A stretch of DNA of 64,000 nt from Williopsis jadinii (GCA_024346625.1 AP024664.1:2170001-2234000); one strand, 5' to 3'. Shown: positions 1-10,551, counted from the stretch's first letter. Numbers and translations are program-made. Notes: generated from the letters alone by a model not told the origin.

Positions 1-853
1 AGCGTCTGTCCAGCGTATTCCCAGCAAGTAGATGTCCAATTGGTGTCCATTGGTGGCCTTGTTGTTGACACGGTGTCCACTTGATGATGATTCAGCGGCA
101 AGCGAACGTTGATGGGGCCTTCACGCGGCAAACATAAGCCTCTAGCGAACGTCCAGTGGATGGACCGTGGTCTCCAGTGTCTGTTTGGCATGTTCCCAGT
201 ACGTTGATGTCCAATTGGTGTCCATTGGTGGCCTTGTTGTTTACACGGTGTCCACTTGGTGTTGATTCAGCGGCGAGAAAACGTCGACGAGGTGGCCACC
301 AGGCATCCACAGACCTCTAGCGATAGCCTGGTGGATGTATCGTGGTCTCCAGTGTCTGTTTGGCATGTGTCCAGTGTGTAGGTATCCATTGAATGTCCAT
401 TGGTGGCCTTGTTGTTTACCCGCCGCCCACTCGGTGATGATTCAGCGGTGAGTTGATGTCCACAGTATGTCCACGGGGCAACCATAAGCCTCTAGCGACA
501 GCCTGGTGGATGTATCGTGGTCTCTAGCGTCTGTCCAGGGTATTCCCAGCATGTAGTTGTCCAATTGGTGTCCATTGGTGGCCTTGTTGTTGACACGGTG
601 TCCACTTGATGATGTTTCAGCGGCAAGCGAACGTTGATGGGGCCTTCACGCGGCAAACATAAGCCTCTAGCGACAGCCTGGTGGATGTATCGTGGCCTCA
701 GGTTCTGTCCAGCATGTTTCCAATACATAGATGTCTAATTGGTGTCCATTGGGAACATCTTTGTTTACCCTCTACCCCCTTGATGTTCATTCAGGGAAAA
801 GTTTTTTTTTTTCGCAAATTCACCGGCGAGAAAACGCCCACGCGGTGGCCACC
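1..853. repeat. End of IGS2 175-bp tandem satellite (array 0, partial)
   Basis: TCAG anchor recurs at 92, 267, 442, 617 and ~792 (175-bp period). Confidence 0.95.
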
Positions 854-1935
854 GGTTCAGGCATTAGCTCCGATCCAGGTAAAGTGGCCCCGCCAGCTTG
901 GTGTCCAGCAGTAAATTGGCGCAATTCGGGATCAACCACCCCCATGTGGGGCCCGGAGTTTGACACATCCTCTAATATCCGCAACACTTAAATGCTTCCA
1001 GAACTCCACACACACATCCTACCACAACCAAAATCACTGTTCCACGCTCACAAAATTCACGCCTTTCCAATGAGACCAAAATACCCTGGTATTTCCACCA
1101 TTTGGGTTTTTCATTCCATTATTTTACTGTTAACATCTACCCAAATTTTATAATCCGAAAAAGACTCACCTATTCTCGGAGATATCCTAAATTAATATAT
1201 ACTATATAATCCCATAACTCGGGAACTAGCAGAGCTTTCGAGCTATAAACACCACTACTGGATAGCTACGCTCCAGAGGTTACCTATGGGTTTAAGTTGT
1301 TTCCCGGTTTATGGGTGCCCATCTCCCTGGAAAGCAAAACATGGTTTTTAGAGGGCAACCTGCATTTTCTCGGCGAACCCCGGTTTGTTCCAACTTTATC
1401 AAAAGTGGGTCTTTCATGGCCAAACTTGGGTCATATATTCACCTTCAGGAGTAGTACCTATGGTCCAACAGCCATGGATGGGTGCACTTTGCCCATTGTT
1501 CAGGAGGTATAAGTACAAAATTACATGCATAAATGTTGATTTTTGGGTGCCGCCGAGCAACCGGAATTAACCAGAGATGATGCAAGATGATAGTACTGTG
1601 TCAGTTACACCACCTTGGCTTATTAGATCGGTCAAATTCATCGCGCGTGGTGGTGCAATTTGCGTTTAAAGGGTGTATAAAATGGCTTTTTGGTGTAAGG
1701 ATGTTTGGGTGTTTGGATGAAATGTTTGGATGTTTTGGCAGGGTGGTGGGGGCAGGTGGGGGGCATATAATTGGATATTTTGGGATGGGGGCGATATGTT
1801 TGGGGAGTTTTTGGTATGGATCGGGAGGTTGGAGCGTGGTTTGAACCATTGGGCTTGTTGTGGTGTTTATGGCGTTTGTGCTGGGAGTGCGCTGGCTGTT
1901 ACAAGTGTTGGGGTGGTCGGATCTGGCTTTCCGGG

Positions 1936-2182
1936 GTGTTGCCCGTTCCCGAAAAACAAAGTGGGGGCTTAACTATGGGCGCTTAACTATGTGCGCTTAA
2001 CTATGGGAGATTCACTATGAGACTTAACTATGGGATCTCTACTATGGGAGCTTCACTATAGGTGGTTAACTATGGGAGTTCCACTATAGGTGGTTAACTA
2101 CGGGGATGGTAGGTGGTGTTGCCCGTTCCCGAAAAACAAACTGGGAGTTAACTATGGGCGTTAACTATGGGGTTCCACTATG
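1936..2182. repeat. 14-bp minisatellite (TAACTATGGG-type) with two 25-bp direct repeats GTGTTGCCCGTTCCCGAAAAACAAA
   Basis: Direct reading. Equivalent blocks at 9754-10000, 23896-24156, 36328-36588, 49087-49333 and 62354-62600. Confidence 0.9.
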
Positions 2183-2200
2183 AAGGTCTTTAATTTTTCC

Positions 2201-2734
2201 TGAAGTTATTCGCATCCATGAAAATCTATACTTTCAAGGGGTATTTAATTTTTGTTGATGTAGTGCGCGGCCCAAAAAATCTATAGAGGTTAAACTTTGG
2301 TGAAGTTATTCGCATCCATGAAAATCTATACTTCCAAGGGGTATTTAATTTTTGTTGATGTAGTGCGCGGCCCAAAAAATCTATAGAGGTTAAATTTTGG
2401 TGAAGTTACTCGCTTCCATGAAAATCTATACTTTCAAGGGGTATTTAATTTTTGTTGATGTAGTGCGCGGCCCAAAAAATCCATAGAGGTTAAATTTTGG
2501 TGAAGTTACTCGCTTCCATAAAAATCTATACTTCCAAGGGGTATTTAATTTTTGTTGATGTAGTGCGCGGCCCAAAAAAAATCTATAGAGGTTAAATTTT
2601 GGTGAAGTTACTCGCTTCCATAAAAATCTATACTTCCAAGGGGTATTTAATTTTTGTTGATGTAGTGCGCGGCCCAAAAAAAATCTATAGAGGTTAAATT
2701 TTGGTGATGTTATTCGCATCCATAAAAATCTATA
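2201..2734. repeat. IGS2 100-102-bp tandem repeat, 5 copies plus a partial
   Basis: Monomer starts at 2201, 2301, 2401, 2501, 2603 and 2705. Confidence 0.95.
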
Positions 2735-3048
2735 GGGATTCCATATGGGAGTTCCATGGGGGTTCCATGGAAATCTTCAATTTTAGTGATGTGGCGCGCG
2801 ATCTTGAAAATCTAACTACAAGACTTGGTCTATATGGACTGTCTACAATAGATGTTTCCAGTAGATGCCCACCTTTTTGGTTGGGTTGCGCCCTGTTGAA
2901 AAATTCATTTGTAGGTGTTGATGTATAAAGTGTAAGAAGAACAAACCTCTCTAACAATCGACGAGAGGGTGGACTGAAAACCAAATCCATCGACGGTTGC
3001 CCTAAAATGAAAAATTTTTCACTGTTGCTCACACCGGAAAATTTTTTC

Positions 3049-3146
3049 CATGTTTGCGTCGCTTTTTTGTTGTGCTGCACGGACCGGAAAAATTTTTCAT
3101 CTTTGCGTCCCTTTTTTGTTGTGCTGCACGGACCGAAAAATCTCAC
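3049..3146. repeat. 49-bp tandem duplication upstream of the Pol I promoter
   Basis: TTTGCGTCsCTTTTTTGTTGTGCTGCACGGACCG occurs twice with a 49-bp period, in every unit. Confidence 0.85.
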
Positions 3147-3369
3147 TTCCGGAACACTCTGAAACCGAATCTCAATTTCGGGACGGCCAACAACAAAATA
3201 TGTGGCCTGTCCCAAAAACGCGTGGCCGAAATCTTGAAAATCCAAAATGTATGAGGCGAACCCAAAACATTGACGCAGGGTATATGCAGGCGGTAGACGG
3301 CGTTGGTATAGCTCTGAGACTACAGACGATTGAAGAATTCAAAATACAGAAAACACAAGTCCACACCTG

Positions 3370-3420
3370 ATCAGTCTTCCAAAGATGAAAGAGGCTCGGA
3401 GGTACTACATGTGGGAGCGT
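3370..3420 (+). promoter_or_regulatory. RNA Pol I core promoter, predicted start at 3409
   Basis: GGAGGTACTAC|ATGTG resembles the S. cerevisiae start GGAGGTACTTC|ATGCG, and lies 702 nt before 18S (the S. cerevisiae 5'ETS is ~700 nt). Confidence 0.8.
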
Positions 3421-4110
3421 TTGGACGATTTGAAAAAGTCGTCTGGAGTGGCCCACAGGCCTTGTTGGACGGTGGTGAAGGTGCTAGTGTGGTCGCCAGA
3501 CTGTGCTTGCCTTGTACACCGTGTCGACATGGGCGGGGATGGGTTCGTTGGGCATTCGGTAAGTGAAGGGAGACTCTCCTTCCATCAACAACACCTTCTT
3601 TGCCCGTTCTGGGTTTAGGGCGAGACCATAGGGGGGGATCCTTTTTCTTTTGATGTTTTTCGGCCTACGCCTGAGCAGTCCCGTCTGGGAGTTCTTCCAC
3701 GGGCGGGCACTGAGGGATTTAGTGGACTACTAGCCTATGGCAAGTGTTGTAACTAGAATCCTGGGGGCATACCTGCCTGGATAACCGTAGCGATACGTGA
3801 GTCCAGGCGGCGTGACCTCCTCTCAAGCCAGTGATGCTAAACCCGGGACGCATGAAACACGGCACTGGAGTTTAGCGGAGCCTGTGCTAGAGGAAATTTA
3901 AAGAGGGCTATATGGATGTGTTCTGTTCCCTGCCTGGGTTCTCCAGGCCGGGGGCAAGCACCAGCAGTTCTAACGAACTACTGCTTACCACATAATATCT
4001 TCAGGGAGAACTTCTCCCGCTGGGAACGGGGGCGGACCCGGCTCTAGGCAGCGTAGGCACACCGGCCTAGTCAGCTCCGCCTAGACGACACCCCCTAACC
4101 AAAGGATAGT
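3409..4110 (+). other. 5' external transcribed spacer (also 11226-11928, 25383-26084, 37815-38517, 50558-51260, 63825-64000 partial)
   Basis: Lies between the predicted start and the A1-like site GATAGT|TATCTGG; contains U3-pairing-like motifs. Confidence 0.8.
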
Positions 4111-4783
4111 TATCTGGTTGATCCTGCCAGTAGTCATATGCTTGTCTCAAAGATTAAGCCATGCATGTCTAAGTATAAGCAATTTATACAGTGAAACTGC
4201 GAATGGCTCATTAAATCAGTTATAGTTTATTTGATAGTACCTTACTACTTGGATAACCGTGGTAATTCTAGAGCTAATACATGCTAAAAACCCCGACTGC
4301 TTGGGAGGGGTGTATTTATTAGATAAAAAATCAATGCCCTCGGGCTCTTTGATGATTCATAATAACTTGTCGAATCGCATGGCTTTACGCCGGCGATGGT
4401 TCATTCAAATTTCTGCCCTATCAACTGTCGATGGTAGGATAGTGGCCTACCATGGTGGCAACGGGTAACGGGGAATAAGGGTTCGATTCCGGAGAGGGAG
4501 CCTGAGAAACGGCTACCACATCCAAGGAAGGCAGCAGGCGCGCAAATTACCCAATCCTAATTCAGGGAGGTAGTGACAATAAATAACGATACAGGGCCCT
4601 TCTGGGTCTTGTAATTGGAATGAGTACAATGTAAATACCTTAACGAGGAACAATTGGAGGGCAAGTCTGGTGCCAGCAGCCGCGGTAATTCCAGCTCCAA
4701 TAGCGTATATTAAAGTTGTTGCAGTTAAAAAGCTCGTCGTTGAACTTTGGGCCTGGCAGGCCGGTCCGCTTTTTGGCGAGTAC
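4111..4783 (+). pseudogene. 18S: Truncated 18S rRNA gene (first 673 nt only)
   Basis: Starts TATCTGGTTGATCCTGCCAG, matches the other 18S copies up to GGCGAGTAC, then switches to IGS1 sequence. Confidence 0.93.
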
Positions 4784-5406
4784 GCGGGATGGGCTTAAAA
4801 TGTTAGGCGGGTCCACACTGGGGCACCACAGACACCAAGTCCAAACACTTAGGAAAGACACCCAGACCAGACCAAGACCAACCTATGGCTACACCAACCG
4901 ATTCCCACAACGACAACCACGGGAAATGGGAATGTGGCCCCAAAGTGGGATTTTACCAAAACCGTTAGTATGGGGATCCCCCAGGCAGTGGGAATTTCCG
5001 GTTACGAGCGCTGGCGAGGATTTTCTAATTTTGCGAGAAGTGCGACCATCCCTCCGCGCCTGCGCCGCTGCGGGATGGTCATAATGATTTAAAAAAACTA
5101 GGGGTATCCGGTTCCGCCCCCGTATATAGGTATATATATGTGTGTAGATGGGTGGGTGGTGGTGGTGGTGGACGGGGGGGGAGGGGGGTTTATATAGTTT
5201 TGGGTGGTGTTGGGTGGTCACGTGGGTCACGTGAGTGGTGTGCGGGTGGTGTGTGTGGTGTAAGGGTGTGCAGTCACCGGGCGGGTCACGTGGATGGTGT
5301 TAGGGCTGGTGTAGGCCACGGCCACCAGCCGGGTAGACTACCCCTTTTGGGACACCGGGTAGACTGCCCCTTTTGGGAAGCCGGTTACCCAACTTGGGTA
5401 AAAAAA

Positions 5407-5527
5407 AGATTGCCGCACCTGAGTTTCGCGTATGGTCACCCACTACACTACTCGATCAGGCTCTTAGCAGCTTAACTACAGTTGATCGGACGGGAAACGG
5501 TGCTTTCTGCTAGATATGGCCGCAACC
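5407..5527 (-). rRNA. 5S: 5S rRNA
   Basis: Reverse complement reads GGTTGCGGCCATATCTAGCAG... for 121 nt, followed by a T-run Pol III terminator. One singleton change at 5414. Confidence 0.97.
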
Positions 5528-5550
5528 GAAATGGAAGCGCGCGGGGGAGG

Positions 5551-5630
5551 TTACACTGCTTACACTGCTTACACCGCTTACTAAGCAGCTTACTAAGAAC
5601 CGCTTACTAAGACACCGCTTACTAAGCACT
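5551..5630. repeat. Short repeats upstream of 5S: 9-bp TTACACYGC x3 and GCTTACTAAG x4
   Basis: Direct reading; present beside all five 5S genes. Confidence 0.85.
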
Positions 5631-5740
5631 GTGTAGATGTAGCAGGTGGGTGTAGGGGTAAGGTCCAGCGGGCCCAGGGCATCCAGGGGGCTGTCTATAG
5701 CGGGGGCTATAGGGCGCGTCGTACGTGGACGTGTAGCAGG

Positions 5741-8671
5741 TGTGTAGTGAGTGTCCATTGGGGGCCTGGGTGTCCAGCGGGCGGTCATTTGGTGATGATT
5801 CCAGGAGTGAACCAACGGTGGAGTTTGATGTCCCACGGTGGCCACGGGCCTCCATGGGGGGGGACCTCCATGGGCCTCTAGCTAGGGATTGATCGTTGTC
5901 CTAAGTGGGTCCCTAGCATTTTACAGTACAATAGTGTGTGTAGAAATGTCCATTGGGTGTCTGTGTTTACTCTGTCCCTTTTGGTGTTTGATTCGGGTGA
6001 GTTTGAATGTCTCATTGATTCCCCATGGAGTTCCACTGGGATGTCCCAGCGGGGCGTCCATAGGCCCTAGGGGCGTACGTGGCTATAAATCGGTGGTCTC
6101 CAGGTCTGTCAGGGTATTCCAGTCAAGTAGTTGTGTAGAAGATGGGTCCAGTTTGGTGTCTGATTGTTTCCGTTCCTGTCCACGTGGTGATGGTCAGCGG
6201 CAGCGACGTTGAGAGGGCCCTAGGGGCCTCCAACGGGAGCCCTGGTGGATGGATCGTGGTCTCCAAGTGTGTTCCCAGCTGTAGATGTCCATTCGCATGT
6301 CCCCTAAGTGTTTGGTTGTTGACCCGCCTGTCCATTAGGTGTTGATTCCGGGGCGAGATGATGTTCACGGGGCATCCACAGACCTCTAGCAAGAGCCTGG
6401 TGGATGTATCGTGGTCTCCAGCGTCTGTCCAGGGTATTCCCAGTGTGTAGATGTCCATTGAGTGTCCATTGGTGGCCTTGTTGTTTACACGGTGTCCACT
6501 TGATGATGATTCAGCGGCAAGCGAACGTTGATGGAGCGTCCAACAAGCCTCTAGGGACCTCCAGCGGGAGCCTAGTCGATGCCTAGACATCCTTAGGTGG
6601 TCTCCAGCATCTTCCCTGTTTGTAGTTGTCCATTGAAGGTCCATTGGTGGCCTTGTTGTTGACACGGTGTCCACTTGGTGTTGATTCAGCGGCAAGCGAA
6701 CGTCGACGAGGTGGCCACCAGGCATCCACAGACCTCTAGCAAGAGCCTGGTGGGTGGATTGTGGTCGCCAGGGTTGGTCTAGAGTATTTCCAGTGTGTTG
6801 ATGTCCATTGAATGTCCAATAGATGGCTTGTTGTTTACCCGCCGCCCACTCGGTGATGTTTCAGCGGCGAGTTGATGTCCACAGTATGTCCACGGGGCAA
6901 CCATAAGCCTCTAGCGACAGCCTGGTGGATGTATCACGGTCTCTGGCGTCTGTCCAGCGTATTCCCAGCAAGTAGATGTCCAATTGGTGTCCATTGGTGG
7001 CCTTGTTGTTGACACGGTGTCCACTTGATGATGATTCAGCGGCAAGCGAACGTTGATGGGGCCTTCACGCGGCAAACATAAGCCTCTAGCGAACGTCCAG
7101 TGGATGGACCGTGGTCTCCAGTGTCTGTTTGGCATGTTCCCAGTACGTTGATGTCCAATTGGTGTCCATTGGTGGCCTTGTTGTTTACACGGTGTCCACT
7201 TGGTGTTGATTCAGCGGCGAGAAAACGTCGACGAGGTGGCCACCAGGCATCCACAGACCTCTAGCGATAGCCTGGTGGATGTATCGTGGTCTCCAGTGTC
7301 TGTTTGGCATGTGTCCAGTGTGTAGGTTTCCATTGAATGTCCATTGGTGGCCTTGTTGTTTACCCGCTGTCCATTTGGTGTTGATTCAGGGGCGAGAAAA
7401 CGTCGACGGCGTTGCCACCAGGCATCCGCAGGCCTCTAGCGATAGCCTGGTGGATGGACCGTGGCCTCCAGTGTCTGTTTGGCATGTGTCCAGCATGTAG
7501 ATGTGTGGAAGATGTCCATTGGTGGCCTTGTTGTTTACACGGTGTCCACTTGATGATGATTCAGCGGCGAGAAAACGTCGACGTGGTGGCCACCAGGCAT
7601 CCACAGACCTCTAGCGACAGCCTGGTGGATGTATCGTGGTCTCTAGCGTCTGTCCAAGGTATTCCCAGTGCGTTGATGTCCATTGAATGTCCAATAGATG
7701 TCTTGTTGTTTACCCGCCGCCCACTTGATGATGTTTCAGCGGCGAGTTGATGTCCACAGGATGTCCACCAGGCATCCACAGACCTCTAGCGATAGCCTGG
7801 TGGATGTATCGTGGTCTCTAGCGTCTGTTTGGCATGTGTCCAGCATGTAGTTGTCCAATTGGTGTCCATCGGTGGCCTTGTTGTTTACACCGTGTCCACT
7901 TGATGATGTTTCAGCAGTGAGTTGATGTCCACAGGATGTCCACGGGGCAACCATAAGCCTCTAGCGAACGTCTAGTCGATGTATCGTGGTCTCCAGTGTC
8001 TGTTTGGCATGTGTCCAGTGTGGAGGTATCCGTTGAATGTCCATTGGTGGCCTGATTGTTTACCCGCTGTCCATTTGGTGTTGATTCAGCGGCGAGAAAA
8101 CGTCGACGGCGTTGCCACCAGGCATCCGCAGGCCTCTATCAAGAGCCTGGTGGATGTATCGTTGCCTCTAGGGATGGTCTAGCGTATTCCCAGTGTGTAG
8201 ATTTCCATTGAATGTCCATTGGTCGCCTCTTTGTTTACCCCCCGCCCGCTTGATGATGTTTCAGCGGCGTGTTGATGTCCACAGGATGTTCACGGGGCAA
8301 ACATAAGCCTCTAGCGAGAGCCTGGTGGGTGGAGCGTGGTCTCCAGTGTCTGTTTGGCACGTGTCCAGCATGTAGATGTGTGGAAGATGTCCATTGGTGG
8401 CCTCGTTGTTTACACGGTGTCCACTTGATGTTGTTTCAGCGGCGAGAAAACGTCGACGGGGCCTCCACGCGGCAAACATAAGCCTCTAGCGATAGCCTGG
8501 TGGATGTATCGTGGCCTCTAGGTTCTGTCCAGCATGTTTCCAATACATAGATGTGTAGAAGATGTCCAACCAGCGCCCCTTTGTTTACCCTCTACCCCCT
8601 TGATGTTCATTCAGGGAACAGTTTTTTTTTCGCAAATTCAGCGGCGAGAAAACGCCCACGCGGTGGCCACC
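5741..8671. repeat. IGS2 175-bp satellite, array A (12 regular monomers plus irregular leading ones)
   Basis: Anchors 6511 to 8611 span 2100 bp = 12 x 175. Confidence 0.95.
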
Positions 8672-10018
8672 GGTTCAGGCATTAGCTCCGATCCAGGTAA
8701 AGTGGCCCCGCCAGCTTGGTGTCCAGCAGTAAATTGGCGCAATTCGGGATCAACCACCCCCATGTGGGGCCCGGAGTTTGACACATCCTCTAATATCCGC
8801 AACACTTAAATGCTTCCAGAACTCCACACACACATCCTACCACAACCAAAATCACTGTTCCACGCTCACAAAATTCACGCCTTTCCAATGAGACCAAAAT
8901 ACCCTGGTATTTCCACCATTTGGGTTTTTCATTCCATTATTTTACTGTTAACATCTACCCAAATTTTATAATCCGAAAAAGACTCACCTATTCTCGGAGA
9001 TATCCTAAATTAATATATACTATATAATCCCATAACTCGGGAACTAGCAGAGCTTTCGAGCTATAAACACCACTACTGGATAGCTACGCTCCAGAACTTA
9101 CCACTGGGTTTAAGTTGTTTCCCGGTTTATGGGTGCCCATCTCCCTGGAAAGCAAAACATGGTTTTTAGAGGGCAACCTGCATTTTCTCGGCGAACCCCG
9201 GTTTGTTCCAACTTTATCAAAAGTGGGTCTTTCATGGCCAAACTTGGGTCATATATTCACCTTCAGGAGTAGTACCTATGGTCCAACAGCCATGGATGGG
9301 TGCACTTTGCCCATTGTTCAGGAGGTATAAGTACAAAATTACATGCATAAATGTTGATTTTTGGGTGCCGCCGAGCAACCGGAATTAACCAGAGATGATG
9401 CAAGATGATAGTACTGTGTCAGTTACACCACCTTGGCTTATTAGATCGGTCAAATTCATCGCGCGTGGTGGTGCAATTTGCGTTTAAAGGGTGTATAAAA
9501 TGGCTTTTTGGTGTAAGGATGTTGGGGTGTTTGGATGAAATGTTTGGATGTTTTGGCAGGGTGGTGGGGGCAGGTGGGGGGCATATAATTGGATATTTTG
9601 GGATGGGGGCGATATGTTTGGGGAGTTTTTGGTATGGATCGGGAGGTTGGAGCGTGGTTTGAACCATTGGGCTTGTTGTGGTGTTTAGGGCGTTTGTGCT
9701 GGGAGTGCGCTGGCTGTTACAAGTGTTGGGGTGGTCGGATCTGGCTTTCCGGGGTGTTGCCCGTTCCCGAAAAACAAAGTGGGGGCTTAACTATGGGCGC
9801 TTAACTATGGGCGCTTAACTATGGGAGATTCACTATGAGACTTAACTATGGGATCTCTACTATGGGAGCTTCACTATAGGTGGTTAACTATGGGAGTTCC
9901 ACTATAGGTGGTTAACTACGGGGATGGTAGGTGGTGTTGCCCGTTCCCGAAAAACAAACTGGGAGGTAACTATGGGCGTTAACTATGGGGTTCCACTATG
10001 AAGGTCTTTAATTTTTCC

Positions 10019-10551
10019 TGAAGTTATTCGCATCCATGAAAATCTATACTTTCAAGGGGTATTTAATTTTTGTTGATGTAGTGCGCGGCCCAAAAAATCT
10101 ATAGAGGTTAAACTTTGGTGAAGTTATTCGCATCCATGAAAATCTATACTTCCAAGTGGTATTTAATTTTTGTTGATGTAGTGCGCGGCCCAAAAAATCT
10201 ATAGAGGTTAAATTTTGGTGAAGTTACTCGCTTCCATGAAAATCTATACTTTCAAGGGGTATTTAATTTTTGTTGATGTAGTGCGCGGCCCAAAAAATCC
10301 ATAGAGGTTAAATTTTGGTGAAGTTACTCGCTTCCATAAAAATCTATACTTCCAAGGGGTATTTAATTTTTGTTGATGTAGTGCGCGGCCCAAAAAAAAT
10401 CTATAGAGGTTAAATTTTGGTGAAGTTACTCGCTTCCATAAAAATCTATACTTCCAAGGGGTATTTAATTTTTGTTGATGTAGTGCGCGGCCCAAAAAAA
10501 TCTATAGAGGTTAAATTTTGGTGATGTTATTCGCATCCATAAAAATCTATA
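10019..10551. repeat. IGS2 100-bp tandem repeat x5
   Basis: Same block as 2201-2734. Confidence 0.95.

Noticed and set aside
2143..2160. GGGAGTTAACTATG resembling 25S helix 69 (GGGAGTAACTATG)
   Set aside because: Match is too short and sits within a minisatellite; compatible with chance.
4716..5084. 122-aa ORF spanning the deletion junction as a new fusion gene
   Set aside because: Non-ATG start inside 18S sequence, chance in-frame join, and it would lie in an uncapped Pol I transcript.
5149..5275. TG-rich tract as an interstitial telomere
   Set aside because: Irregular with no fixed repeat unit, and present at the same place in every IGS1; the species' telomere repeat cannot be verified here.
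92..8809. Recurrent 72-aa and other short ORFs in the satellite and IGS
   Set aside because: By-products of the 175-bp period (not a multiple of 3), overlapping on both strands, many with non-ATG starts and no recognisable domain.
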